A stretch of DNA of 34,369 nucleotides from Candidatus Brocadiia bacterium (GTDB lineage Bacteria; Planctomycetota; Brocadiia; SM23-32): positions 1 to 34,369 of the forward strand of contig JBKHIT010000056.1 of assembly GCA_046538485.1 (NCBI GenBank), read 5' to 3'. Within the stretch, counting starts at the first letter, position 1. Each line of letters begins with the position of its first letter. The position numbers were made by a program, and so were the translations under genes. Positions 6,787-16,844 of this stretch are shown here, in pieces. The notes beneath the pieces were generated by a model. It saw only the letters and a list, made by a program, of their open reading frames with translations, was not told the DNA's origin and did not search any database.

Positions 6787-9141
6787 CTAATCCACGAGTT
6801 CAACGGTTTCGGGAACAGTTATATTAATTTCGCCTCCCGAATTCGCCACCTGTATCGGTCCGCGGGGCGTGGGGCAGGTTACGTTGTAATCGAATTCCGT
6901 TTCTTTTGGATTGAGTTTCACTCTACCGCAACCAGCTTCCACAATCTTGAACCCGATCAGGTTACGAATCAGGAATTCCGCCGGATGAGCCGACCAGGCG
7001 TGGCTCTTGGTCCGCATAAAACCCTTGAACTCCCCGGATCGCCAGCTGCCGTTCATATACCATTCTTCGAACGTCGAATGCGTTCCTCGTTCCACCATCC
7101 TTTTGCCCCAGCGTTCCCGGATCAACTTCAGCGCCAGTTCAAATCGCCCCGCACGATCAAGCGCCTGCAGCACAACGCTGCTGAAAAACGGTTGGGCCTC
7201 CGTGTACCCCACCGATTCGTCCACATAAAGACGGTCGATGATTTCGTGCGACAGTGATTCCTCGCACAACCCCCAGCGTATGGGGGCCATGCTGGCGTGC
7301 TCGCTGTGTTTCGCCGACAGAATCCCGTCGACTCTCGCATCCGAGAAACATCCGGCTTCTTCGTCGTAACATCGATCCTGCAGGTTAGCCTGTATACCTA
7401 CGAACAGATTGTTGTAGCGTTCCAGACTTTTCGCATCGCCGTTCATCTCGGCCATTTTTTCTGCGGTTTCAAGCGCGCCCGCGAAAACTGCGTTCAGAGG
7501 CGCACACTCCCCGCGTTTATCGACATCCGCCCAATCAACGAACACCCAGTAAGGCATGTTTTCTAGCAGGCCATGTTCGTTGAGGTAAGGCAAGAACGCC
7601 TGGATGATTCGTCGGACCGTCGGATAATAGTAGCGAATCCATTCCTCCTGACCGCTGAAACGATAGTGATTCCAGAGTCCCATGATCCACCAGAGTGAAT
7701 AGTCAGGGATTGTTCGCTGCCAGCCGTGATTTACGCGGTTCGAGACGTTCGATATAAGCCCGGTGGGCTGTTGGTTGGCCGCGGCCTGACGCAAGAACTT
7801 GCCCGGCAATTTCGTATCGCCAAAACAGGAATAAATGCCGCCGAGAGTCACTCCGGCGACATCGCCGAGCCACTGGGCCTGCTCGCGCCATGGTGTATCC
7901 ATGATGAATTCATTCGAGCATAGTCGTAGCGTATACCGGCTGATCTCCCAGCATTTCTCAAGTTGTTCATCTTCCGACTTGAATGTACCGGTTTCGTCGT
8001 AGGGGTACGTCGATATAACCCCTTGCAGCGATTTGATTCTCAGGGGTTCGAAGCACGAACGAACGCGGATTTTCAGATAACGAAACGATTTCCACGTGAA
8101 AGGTTCGTACGTGTTTTCTCCAGCTTCCAGTATGCATCGATCTGCAAAAAGGCCTTCGATCATGTTATTGAAATGTCCGTCAATGAGCCGTTCTGCGTAT
8201 CCGATTTCCACTTTCGCTCCGCCCGGGCCTTCCATCTCCAACCGCGGTCGCCCGGTTACAACCCGCCCGAAATCAATTATTACGCACGGGTCGTAAATCC
8301 CGTCGAAGATTCCGTTCAGCTGTTTGGTGCTGCAGCAGATTGACGTCTCGCCGTCTTCGCTGCAAAGGTTTTCTGCCCCTTCCACCTCGCTATGCTGAAC
8401 TGGATTGCCGACCATTGAAAGCCCTTTGGTCAGATCACCTTGTTCCGGGCGGTTGGCAAGATCAACACATTCTTCCGTATAAGCAATCGACTCCGGGAGT
8501 ATGGGTTCAGCGGTCATAAACGGGATATCGCGCGGGACGAGACGAACCCACGGCGGCACGGCCGGGGGACGCTCCTCGCCTCCCAGCGCGACAGTTCCCC
8601 GCCAGGAGGAATCGTCAAATCCCGGCTGGGTCCATCCCGAAGGCATCAGTCGCGCGTCGAATGATTCCTGGTATGGCGTGGTCGCGTTGCTATGATATGC
8701 CTTCATATTCGTGTCCCACGCCCGGGCCTGCGTCGCCCGCCAGTCGGAATCGGTTTTCAGAAGCATTTCGTCCGAACCGTCGACCATCTCAAGAAGCAGT
8801 CCGCCCCTGGTATCGGGCATATTCCCGACATAATTCACAATGAGCCCAAAGCAGTTGACGCCTTCGCGAAGGAGCTTAGATAGGTTACGTTCGTCATAAT
8901 ACTGAAACCACGGCTGAGATTGAGGCGCTCCCCGTCCCACAAATTGCCCGTTCACAAACAGCTGGTAACGAGTATCGGCAGCGATGTATGCGCGAGGCTT
9001 CCGGGGTATCTGGGCCAAACTGAACTCCCGGCGGAACAGCCAGAAACTGTTCGGCGTATTCCCGCTGTCCTCCTCGATCCAGATCCAGTGGGCGTTCCAC
9101 TTACGGCTCTTCAAAACCACTTCGTCTTTCGATTGCTGCAT
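6787..9141 (-). CDS. Alpha-L-rhamnosidase-like glycoside hydrolase (GH78 family)
   Basis: ~784 aa. N-terminal FRREFSL...IAADTRYQLFVNG.FVGRG, IIDFGRVVTG, FRYL, and the catalytic-region motif MDTPWREQAQWLGD; C-terminal SHAWSAHP...PTPRGPIQV. Start placed at ATG 9141 (GGAG upstream); the track gives 9156. No signal peptide. Confidence 0.88.
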   Translation of the reverse strand: MQQSKDEVVLKSRKWNAHWIWIEEDSGNTPNSFWLFRREFSLAQIPRKPRAYIAADTRYQLFVNGQFVGRGAPQSQPWFQYYDERNLSKLLREGVNCFGLIVNYVGNMPDTRGGLLLEMVDGSDEMLLKTDSDWRATQARAWDTNMKAYHSNATTPYQESFDARLMPSGWTQPGFDDSSWRGTVALGGEERPPAVPPWVRLVPRDIPFMTAEPILPESIAYTEECVDLANRPEQGDLTKGLSMVGNPVQHSEVEGAENLCSEDGETSICCSTKQLNGIFDGIYDPCVIIDFGRVVTGRPRLEMEGPGGAKVEIGYAERLIDGHFNNMIEGLFADRCILEAGENTYEPFTWKSFRYLKIRVRSCFEPLRIKSLQGVISTYPYDETGTFKSEDEQLEKCWEISRYTLRLCSNEFIMDTPWREQAQWLGDVAGVTLGGIYSCFGDTKLPGKFLRQAAANQQPTGLISNVSNRVNHGWQRTIPDYSLWWIMGLWNHYRFSGQEEWIRYYYPTVRRIIQAFLPYLNEHGLLENMPYWVFVDWADVDKRGECAPLNAVFAGALETAEKMAEMNGDAKSLERYNNLFVGIQANLQDRCYDEEAGCFSDARVDGILSAKHSEHASMAPIRWGLCEESLSHEIIDRLYVDESVGYTEAQPFFSSVVLQALDRAGRFELALKLIRERWGKRMVERGTHSTFEEWYMNGSWRSGEFKGFMRTKSHAWSAHPAEFLIRNLIGFKIVEAGCGRVKLNPKETEFDYNVTCPTPRGPIQVANSGGEINITVPETVELVD

Positions 9142-9286
9142 TATCTTGCTCCACATCGCGCGGAAGAGTTAACTGTTTTTTCACAAGGACGATACAGACA
9201 TCTTCCGGCACAGTAGTACTGGCCGGAAAATGGTGGACACTTCATGTTGTCGTACGCTATTACTCCTCAACGGTATGTGCCGTATT

Positions 9287-9313
9287 ATATAACCTGCATC
9301 CGTAAGATGCAGG
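9287..9313 (-). terminator. Possible intrinsic terminator after the AEC transporter gene
   Basis: Perfect 8-bp stem CCTGCATC-TTACG-GATGCAGG followed by TTATAT on the minus strand, ~11 nt after the stop; the U-tract is weak. Confidence 0.45.
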
Positions 9314-9324
9314 CACTGTGCACG

Positions 9325-10275
9325 TTATGGAGAAGCGGACGTAAAATGAGCATCAAACATCGCCATCATCAGAGGAATTGATATAAGAGAAAAGGCGAAC
9401 GATGCAAAGACGAACTGACTCGCCAGGCTTCTATTGCCGTTTTCTCGTCCAACGAGTATCGGCGCGGATGTTATGGGAGGGACGGCCGCCTGCAAAATCA
9501 GGATCAGAGCAACAGGATATGGTGGTTTGACAAAAACCAGAATCCCGAACGTCAGCAAAGGGAACAGAAAATTTTTCATCGCCACAAATTTCGCAACCTC
9601 CATGGTCTGAACTTTGCCGCGGCCCTTGAAGTCAATGTAGATGCTCGCTCCGAGCACCAGCATGAGAAGCGGGACGGTCATCTGGCCCACCATATCGAGA
9701 GCTGATACGACAAAACCCGGGATGTGCTCCCCGACGCCAGAAAGATTCAAAGTAACCGCTGCAATTGTGACGAGAGTGACCGGGTGGAGACACTTCCGCC
9801 AATCCAGCTGTTTTATTCCCCCACCGAAAACGATCGGATATGTGCTGAAAACAAATCCCGCAAAGAACATCGTAAAGAGAAACAGATTAACAAGGAAAAT
9901 CGAGTCTTGCCCGAACATTTCGGTCAGGATTGCAAGCGGGAAAAAGAGCGCATTCTGGTAAAACATCCCGAGTGCAAATTCCTTGCGGTTTTCTTTTCGT
10001 ACGGCACGGCTCGTAAAAAATGCCAGCCCACCGGCCCATACCGTAAAACCCAGCCACCAGAGGGGCATCTGCCACCACGTCGGACTTGCCTGCGTGTTAA
10101 GTTTCGTCAGTATGTTCACAGACACAAGACACGGCAACGCAACGTCCAGGGCCAGCGTCGATGCAATCTTGATAAAATGGGTCGGTACAACGTGCCGGCG
10201 AATGAGTAGAAACCCCAACGTGCCAATCGAAAGCAGAACGGCAACCGCCTCAAACGTCTGCAAGAATACATTCAT
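9325..10275 (-). CDS. AEC (auxin efflux carrier) family permease
   Basis: 316 aa, about 10 hydrophobic segments; motifs DVALPCL, N..FFPL.I...FG, G.MTVPL.MLVLG and ILQAAVPP typical of AEC/Mem_trans proteins. Confidence 0.88.
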   Translation of the reverse strand: MNVFLQTFEAVAVLLSIGTLGFLLIRRHVVPTHFIKIASTLALDVALPCLVSVNILTKLNTQASPTWWQMPLWWLGFTVWAGGLAFFTSRAVRKENRKEFALGMFYQNALFFPLAILTEMFGQDSIFLVNLFLFTMFFAGFVFSTYPIVFGGGIKQLDWRKCLHPVTLVTIAAVTLNLSGVGEHIPGFVVSALDMVGQMTVPLLMLVLGASIYIDFKGRGKVQTMEVAKFVAMKNFLFPLLTFGILVFVKPPYPVALILILQAAVPPITSAPILVGRENGNRSLASQFVFASFAFSLISIPLMMAMFDAHFTSASP

Positions 10276-10361
10276 CTGGCGTTACTTTCTTTGCGCCGAT
10301 TCATTGCGGCCCTTGTTTGCTTTGAAAAAGTTGACGGAAAGATCGATAGAGAACAGCCGAC

Positions 10362-11261
10362 TCAATCTGGGAACAGCCCACTGCGTATATAGGGGAAGAA
10401 CCAGGAGGGATAAGTATCACTCCCCGGATCATGTCCGACATAGGCCCCCCACCATCCAGGATCTGCCTGTTGTGTGGAAACGCTCCCATCGAAGTACAGC
10501 ACGTTCATCCGTCCTAACTCCCCGCTACCAGGATGGTTGCGCGTGTCCTCGACGGTTACTCCGCCGGGCAGGTTCACATATTTCGGCGCTACGGGAGCCG
10601 GCAGGTCATCGCAAAGCACCGGCATCGACCCGGCGCGTTTGCATTTGGCCGGCGTAATCGGACCCTTGCCACGCGAATTCCCGTAAAAGCCCGCAATCTG
10701 ATCCTCATAATCTGTATCGTTAATTAAATGGTAACCACCGCCTCCGCTTCCACGCATGCCATACCACGTCGCGATCACCCCGGCATGAACGTATGAGGTA
10801 TCTGGCACGCGAGGATATGAAGGGAACTTGCTTCCAGGACAGGCCAGTAAACCGTGGTCATCCGGATCAAACCCCTTTGTCCTCACAGCATTTCGCGCGA
10901 TGCCATAGTCCTGTGCCCACTGGGAGTATGATTTCTGCAGAGCGCCAAAGCCCGTATTAAAGAAAAACTTGGGCCCCCAACTCTGACTGCCCGGCATGCC
11001 CTGCGGGAAAACCGGGTAATCCACCATGTAAGTATGCATAGCGGTCCCGATGTTGTGCAGCTGATTGGTACATGAAACCAGTCGCGCCGAACGCCGGGCG
11101 GATTCGAGAGCTGGCATCAACATTGCGGCTAAAATAGCTATAATTGCGATCACTACCAACAATTCGATTAAGGTGAAACCTTGCAGCCTATCCCAACGCG
11201 GGCCAGAAGCTATTCCATCTGGACCGTATATGAACGGGTAATTTTTCTTTTGTACACTCAT
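10362..11261 (-). CDS. Prepilin-type N-terminal cleavage/methylation domain protein (DUF1559-like, H-X-DG C-terminal motif)
   Basis: [45 protein letters not shown]...Y..DY; C-terminal [20 protein letters not shown]. Confidence 0.92.
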   Translation of the reverse strand: MSVQKKNYPFIYGPDGIASGPRWDRLQGFTLIELLVVIAIIAILAAMLMPALESARRSARLVSCTNQLHNIGTAMHTYMVDYPVFPQGMPGSQSWGPKFFFNTGFGALQKSYSQWAQDYGIARNAVRTKGFDPDDHGLLACPGSKFPSYPRVPDTSYVHAGVIATWYGMRGSGGGGYHLINDTDYEDQIAGFYGNSRGKGPITPAKCKRAGSMPVLCDDLPAPVAPKYVNLPGGVTVEDTRNHPGSGELGRMNVLYFDGSVSTQQADPGWWGAYVGHDPGSDTYPSWFFPYIRSGLFPD

Positions 11262-11352
11262 TCTGGGAGGGAACTCCGCAAAAAAGTACGATTGGTTCAG
11301 TATTTTTGGCTTTTCATGTCACGTCCGTGGTCGACACCGAATCTCAGCATAC

Positions 11353-12063
11353 TCACATTGATCCGAAGAGTCGAATTACAGAGCCGCTTACTGCGCTTCC
11401 TTCTTCGGAACACAGCGCCAGCAAAGCTTCAGCGATATCTTCCGGTTTCACCCACTTATCCCAATCCTCGTGGGGCATCAAATCTCTTGTCGCCGGTGTA
11501 TCGATGATGCTGGGCATGATGGCGTTCACGGCAATATTAGTGTTCTTAACTTCCTCATGAATGGCTCGCGTCAGAGTTATGACGGCGCCCTTGGCAACAG
11601 CATAAGCTCCTGAGCCGGATTGGATGTCCTCACAAGCTTTTGACGTCACATTGACGATCCGCCCGCTATTCTGCTCGCGCATCACCGGCAGAACGTGTTT
11701 GCAGCAGAGAAAAGCCGTCGTCACGTTGAGCTCAAACATTTTATTCCATGTGGTCAAACCGGTCTCCCATATTCGGTTGCCAAAAGCGAATCCTCCCACC
11801 AGATTCAGCAGCACATCAATGCGTCCCCATTCCGAGAGAAACTCCTGAACAAACGCCTCGACGTCGTCTTCATCTCGCAGATCAACCTTGCGCCCGCGGC
11901 AACGCTCACGCAACTCTTCAGATAAGTTCTCGCTCAGTTCTTGCCATCCCTCCGATTTATGCCAGGGAATGAAAATCTCGTAACCATTTTTCAGAAAACG
12001 CTCCGAAACAATTTTCCCCAGGTTGCCACTCCCACCGGTGATGATCGCTGTTTTTTCTGACAT
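11353..12063 (-). CDS. Short-chain dehydrogenase/reductase (SDR)
   Basis: TGGSGNLG Rossmann motif, GRIDVLLN, catalytic YAVAK, VNAIMPSIIDT; GGGAG RBS. Confidence 0.93.
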   Translation of the reverse strand: MSEKTAIITGGSGNLGKIVSERFLKNGYEIFIPWHKSEGWQELSENLSEELRERCRGRKVDLRDEDDVEAFVQEFLSEWGRIDVLLNLVGGFAFGNRIWETGLTTWNKMFELNVTTAFLCCKHVLPVMREQNSGRIVNVTSKACEDIQSGSGAYAVAKGAVITLTRAIHEEVKNTNIAVNAIMPSIIDTPATRDLMPHEDWDKWVKPEDIAEALLALCSEEGSAVSGSVIRLFGSM

Positions 12064-12076
12064 ATATAGTCTCCCG

Positions 12077-12709
12077 TCAGGGTTTTTCCCCTATGAACCG
12101 CAATATGACGTGGTCATGCTCCGTACCGTGCGTCGCATCCGTGACGCGGAAAGTCGACTGCTCTTCAACCGAAAGTGTTCCAAAAACATATCGTAGTTCT
12201 TCGCCGGTAAAATAATGTTTGACGAGCGACGCAAACTCACTGGCCTGGGGCAGGTCCACGAAACCGGGATCCTGTCGTGAGAATGCTTCCACAAATACCG
12301 CCCCCCGCGGCTTCAAGGCATCAGTCATGCGCCCGGCCAGGGCCCTGGTTTCCTCGAATGCCAGATGACCCAGAACGGTCACTGCGACGATCAGGTCGTA
12401 ACCCTTTCTTTCGAGTCTAAAATCGCGGATATCCGCATGAACAGCACGAATTGGAAGCCCCTTGCAGATAGCCTGCTCATTCAGCGCATCAATGGCGGCT
12501 TTCGAACTGTCAACAGCTACCACTGAATGCCCGAGTCCAGCGACATAGAAAGCATTGCGGCCGTGGCCGCAACCAAGATCGAGAATGTGAAGACTTTGAT
12601 CAGTCTTATGACCCAGAAACTGCATCAACCCACGGGATGGCAAAGATCCAAAACAGGTAGGTCGGTCCAGATAACTGCGTTCAAATTCCGTACTAACATC
12701 CGCCTTCAT
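12077..12709 (-). CDS. Class I SAM-dependent methyltransferase (TehB-like)
   Basis: ILDLGCGHGRNAFYVA...VVAVDSS, ADI, YDLIV, LKPRG motifs. Confidence 0.9.
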   Translation of the reverse strand: MKADVSTEFERSYLDRPTCFGSLPSRGLMQFLGHKTDQSLHILDLGCGHGRNAFYVAGLGHSVVAVDSSKAAIDALNEQAICKGLPIRAVHADIRDFRLERKGYDLIVAVTVLGHLAFEETRALAGRMTDALKPRGAVFVEAFSRQDPGFVDLPQASEFASLVKHYFTGEELRYVFGTLSVEEQSTFRVTDATHGTEHDHVILRFIGEKP

Positions 12710-12760
12710 GATGTCGGCCTCTGAGAAGTCCTGGGATTAATTGATTACGCTTAAACTAAA

Positions 12761-12865
12761 TCACTTTTCAGGCTGCAACTTGTCAACGCGCTCAATGTAA
12801 GTTTCCATGTCAAATTTCCGCTCCGGTTTGTCATTCAGAGACGTGATCCGCGCTGAATCAATCAT
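12761..12865 (-). pseudogene. Collapsed class II CPD photolyase gene (34-aa fusion of N- and C-terminus)
   Basis: GGAGG-AAAC-ATG then MIDSARITSLNDKPERKFDMETYIERVDKLQPEK*. The first half resembles class II photolyase N-termini (MI...RI..LND.P.R.G.YVLYWM) and the second half their C-termini (GL.RKFD...Y..RV). Recognised from memory of the family. Confidence 0.65.
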
Positions 12866-13053
12866 GTTTCCTCCATTCCGCGTTCCCAACGCTTTTATAT
12901 CGTAACTCCGCAGCTATATCTAATCGAACGGGAACTCCTGTTTTTGATTCCGGGGAGCCAATTCGGGTATAAGCTATAATGACAGAGAGAAGTGGAAATC
13001 CATTTTAATATCACACTTGCTTTTGTGCCTTTGCCTCCCGGGAGTTTGTCTGA

Positions 13054-14445
13054 ATGCAAATCACTTTTTACGGAGCGGCCCGTACAACTACGGGATCGAT
13101 GCACCTGCTTGAACTCGACGGCAGCCGTCTTCTCCTCGATTGTGGTCTCTATCAGGGCAAACGCAAAGAAGCCTTTGAACGCAACCGCAATCTGCCATTG
13201 GATGCGACCAGTATAGATCAACTTGTTCTCTCCCACGCTCACATTGACCACAGTGGCAATATTCCGAGTCTGGTCAAAAGCGGTTTTGATGCGCCGATTT
13301 TATGCACACCTGCCACCAAAGATCTTTGTGAAATAATGCTCCTCGATTCAGCATACCTGCAGGTCAAAGACGTCGAATACGTCAACAAAAAGCGGGAAAA
13401 ACAGGGGAAGAAACCGTTTGAACCGTTATACGAGGCAGATGACGTGCAGAAAGCGCTGCAGCACTTTGAGCCGGTCCCCTACGACAGCAGTTTTAATGTC
13501 GCCTCCGGGGTCAAACTTCGCTTTGTCGATGCAGGACACATACTCGGCGCAGGATTTACAATTCTGGATGTCGAAGAGGAAGGAGTCCAAAAACGAATCC
13601 TCTATACGGGCGATATCGGCCGACGGCATATGCCAATTCTGCGTGACCCCGTCGTGGTCAGTGATGTTGACATTCTCATTACCGAAAGCACCTATGGGGA
13701 TCGGCTTCACCCGCCCCAGGAGAATGTAAAGCAACAACTGCAGGAATTATGCGACAAAATAATCCAGCGCAGATCCCGGCTCATTATCCCCGCATTCAGC
13801 GTTGGCCGGACTCAGCAGCTGCTTTACCTCCTTTATGAACTCAACGAAGAAGGCCGTATCCCCGAACTCCCCGTCTATGTCGACAGCCCTCTTTCAACCA
13901 AGGCCACACGCGTTCATCGCGACCATCCTGAATGTTACAACAGCGAGATGATGCAGCTGATCGGCGAACACGGCCATCCGTTCTCCATGCAACACGTCAA
14001 TTACGTGACAGACGTCGAACAATCCAAAAAACTTAACGATGCAGACGGCCCGATTATCATCATTTCCGCGTCGGGGATGTGCGAGGGAGGACGAATTTTG
14101 CACCATCTGAAACACAGCATTGAAGACGAACGGCACATTATTTTGATCGTTGGGTTCCAGGCCGAACACACGCTTGGACGCCGCCTGGTGCAAAAAGACA
14201 GTCCGATCAAAATATATGGCGATCCCTATGAACTCAAAGCCGAAGTCCACAGCATCCAGGCTCTCAGTGCCCACGCGGACTACGAAGAAATGCTCGAGTA
14301 TTTCAACGAAATGGGGCCTCAAGGAACGCGGGCTTTTGTCGTACACGGTGATCCGGACCAGCAAGAACCGTTCGCGAACAGACTCCGCGACATTGGGATG
14401 CATGAAGTGCTGATTCCCGACCGGGGAGAAACTTTTACCTTCTAA
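13054..14445 (+). CDS. MBL-fold metallo-hydrolase, beta-CASP ribonuclease (YSH1/TTHA0252-like)
   Basis: GAARTTTGS, LLDCGLYQG, SHAHIDHSG, AGHILG, YTGDIG, ESTYGDRLH, PAFSVGRTQ, SASGMCEGGRILHHL, SAHAD, VHGD. Confidence 0.95.
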   Translation: MQITFYGAARTTTGSMHLLELDGSRLLLDCGLYQGKRKEAFERNRNLPLDATSIDQLVLSHAHIDHSGNIPSLVKSGFDAPILCTPATKDLCEIMLLDSAYLQVKDVEYVNKKREKQGKKPFEPLYEADDVQKALQHFEPVPYDSSFNVASGVKLRFVDAGHILGAGFTILDVEEEGVQKRILYTGDIGRRHMPILRDPVVVSDVDILITESTYGDRLHPPQENVKQQLQELCDKIIQRRSRLIIPAFSVGRTQQLLYLLYELNEEGRIPELPVYVDSPLSTKATRVHRDHPECYNSEMMQLIGEHGHPFSMQHVNYVTDVEQSKKLNDADGPIIIISASGMCEGGRILHHLKHSIEDERHIILIVGFQAEHTLGRRLVQKDSPIKIYGDPYELKAEVHSIQALSAHADYEEMLEYFNEMGPQGTRAFVVHGDPDQQEPFANRLRDIGMHEVLIPDRGETFTF

Positions 14446-14626
14446 AAGTCCTTCTTCCAAACCTGTTGGCGATTGATTCCATGCCTTCCAGCATGGCAGC
14501 CCTTGTGAGCGCAAAACCGTAGCGGACAGGATCCGAAGCTATGAAATTTCGGGTGTTGTAGCAGCCGTAATATTCTTCCAGTATTGCTTGTATGTTCCAG
14601 GCTGATCGATCAGAGTCCTTGCGCAA
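14435..14626 (-). pseudogene. Collapsed TIGR02757/DUF2400-family gene (63-aa fusion of N- and C-terminus)
   Basis: LEEYYGCYNTRNFIASDP resembles the family N-terminus (L...Y..YN...FI..DP); it continues directly into DPVRYGFALTR, resembling the family C-terminus (DPVKYDFALTR). TTG start 3 nt after the upstream stop. Confidence 0.65.
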
Positions 14627-14629
14627 TGT

Positions 14630-15517
14630 TCAACGCAATCCAAGATCATAGAATCTATTGGGATTATCGTGCATGAGCAGGTGCCCTGTATGGATCACAA
14701 TCGGCAGATCGATTTCGCTGGCACGGCCGACCATCTGAAACACCAGGTAATCCTGCAGCGGCAACGCTTCATGATTCGATAGCGCGTGTGTCTCGTTGGT
14801 AAGAATCTTGTTGAATACGTTTTCGGCTTCCGCCCGACCCACTTTGCGGAAATTCAGGGTCCTCTGGTAAGCATGTCCCAGTTTTATTCCGACGACTTTC
14901 GGGTTATTGTCCCATTCCCCCATCATACAATCCATGCAGTCCAGAAGATCGTCGAGGCTGTGGACAGAAATGCCGCATTCAGCCCCCAGTTCGTCCAGAG
15001 TACTTTTGCTGAACAAATCGATCAGCTGCGGCCCGGGTGCAAGATGAAAAAAGTAGTCCGGTAGTTCTGCCTCAAGCTGCCAGCAGTCGATACACGCCGC
15101 AATATTGCATTTTTCCCGAAGCACAAAATCGTATTCGCCCTCGGCCCGCAGTGATTCCAGCTGCTCCCCCACTTTTACATACGAGTCGCCATTCAGTTCC
15201 TCTACGCCCAGCAAATCCCTCATGGCTAAAAGTGCCGACCGTGCGTAGGCCCCGGTCCTTATGGCACGGAAAAGAGGGCGGAATTTCTGCCAGCGTTCTT
15301 CCAGCGGCCGGTCCCGATCGCTGAGAAATTCAAGATCTTCCTGAGTCGCGCCTGCGGCGACGAGATCTCCCTGACAATAATGCTCAAAAAGATGGTAGAA
15401 ATCCGCTTTTCCTTGAATATGTTCTTTTTCGGCCGGCAAATGCTCGTGTGCATCGACGGTTGGGATTTCCCACAACTCATCTTCGATCTCACCGACAAGC
15501 TGATCCTGATCGATCAT
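14630..15517 (-). pseudogene. Amidohydrolase-family protein with a probable in-frame internal deletion
   Basis: AGGAG RBS; VDAHEHL metal motif, VVGIKLGHAYQRTLNF and LPIVIHTG, followed immediately by the C-terminal-type helix HLLMHDNPNRFYDL. The later barrel strands (H-containing strand and the GxD strand) are absent. 295 aa, shorter than expected. Confidence 0.7.
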
Positions 15518-15731
15518 TTTATCTCCTGCGTTCTAAAATCACTCCCTTCACCACCACGTTAGGACTTCCCCCGTTCAGCATCAACCGAAATAATGCTGCC
15601 AAATTGTAGCTGGACCGGTCGGAACTCAAGCATATGTTGGTAGCAAATTGGATGCTTCGCTTTTACGTTTGCCAACTTTAACATCAACCTGTAATATCCG
15701 GCATTCTCCGTTAGCAAAAAGGACAATTGCG

Positions 15732-16736
15732 ATGACAATAGAGCAAAAATCTGTTGAAGGTAAGAAGGTTCTGGTTGTCGGCGGCACGGGCAATATCGGT
15801 CGAGCACTCTGCTACGTCCTCTCCCGAAACAATCAAGTCGACGTGCTGGCGCGTTTTAGCGACGCTGCCGTTAGAGCGGAGCTGGAAAAGTATTGCGACG
15901 TCCTGTGGAAACGGGACCTGAGCCATGATTCGCCGTTCGACGGCATACCCGCCGACTACGATTACGTCTTTAACATGGCCGTTCATTGGGGATTCTCGAA
16001 AGATATAGCTTTCGGAGACTTTGACTATTTCCAGCGCGTCAATACCCTCGCCGGGGCGCGTCTTATGTTCCATTTCAAAGACACTGACACGGCATTTGTG
16101 ATGGGGAGCACCGGCGGTGTCTATCAGCCCTGTCCGTCCGGGGTAGCGCGTAAAGAATCGGACCTGGCAATCGGTGGTGACAACCCTTACGAAATCAGTA
16201 AAATCCAGCTGGAATGGAAAACTCTCGGACTTTCAGAGATGTATGATATTCCTGTGTCCATAACGCGGTACTTCTGGCCGATTTTCCCCTGGGGTGGTGG
16301 CGGACCGGCACGTGGCACCATAGCTCGCGTCCTTCGCAATCAAACCCTTCCGAAAGTTTCGAGTCCCGAAGGCAAACGACCGATGAATCTGGGCTACATC
16401 AGCGATCTCACGTACGCAACGATCGAAGCCGCTGCCTGCGCGGAACCGGCTCGGCTCAACGATATTCCCTTCGGTTGCGTCTACAACATTTCCGGGCCCG
16501 AACCATGGAGCCTCGAAAAAATCGCCGTCCAGTTCGCCGAACTGATGGGGATTGACGTGCAGTTCGAAGAAGCTGAGGCCGAAGGGCAGCACGAAACGTA
16601 CGTTGCTGACATCGACAAAATGACAGAGGAGCTCTACGCTCCTCAGGTCAATTCGCAGCAGTGCCTGGAACTCGTTGCGCGAGGGATCAAAGAAGAAGTC
16701 AAGGGTCCGGAAGACTGGATGTTCGACGTCAATTAG
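15732..16736 (+). CDS. NAD-dependent epimerase/dehydratase (extended SDR)
   Basis: VLVVGGTGNIG, DYVFNMA, GSTGGVY, PYEISK (YxxxK), YISDL, VYNISG. Start placed at ATG 15732 after AAGGA. Confidence 0.88.
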   Translation: MTIEQKSVEGKKVLVVGGTGNIGRALCYVLSRNNQVDVLARFSDAAVRAELEKYCDVLWKRDLSHDSPFDGIPADYDYVFNMAVHWGFSKDIAFGDFDYFQRVNTLAGARLMFHFKDTDTAFVMGSTGGVYQPCPSGVARKESDLAIGGDNPYEISKIQLEWKTLGLSEMYDIPVSITRYFWPIFPWGGGGPARGTIARVLRNQTLPKVSSPEGKRPMNLGYISDLTYATIEAAACAEPARLNDIPFGCVYNISGPEPWSLEKIAVQFAELMGIDVQFEEAEAEGQHETYVADIDKMTEELYAPQVNSQQCLELVARGIKEEVKGPEDWMFDVN

Positions 16737-16844
16737 ACCTGAAAATAATATTGGATGCACCCGGCCTCGCACTGCAAGTCCGGACACCCGGTCCCTTGCG
16801 GCCCTTATGTCCTTCATGTCTCTCCGCAACACCACACTATTCCG

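Noticed and set aside
9203..9228. Inverted repeat as a terminator
   Set aside because: No U-tract follows on either strand and the loop is too small; kept only as a palindrome.
11297..11350. 17-aa mini-[20 protein letters not shown] after the SDR stop as another collapse scar
   Set aside because: No clear SD and I cannot match either end to a family.
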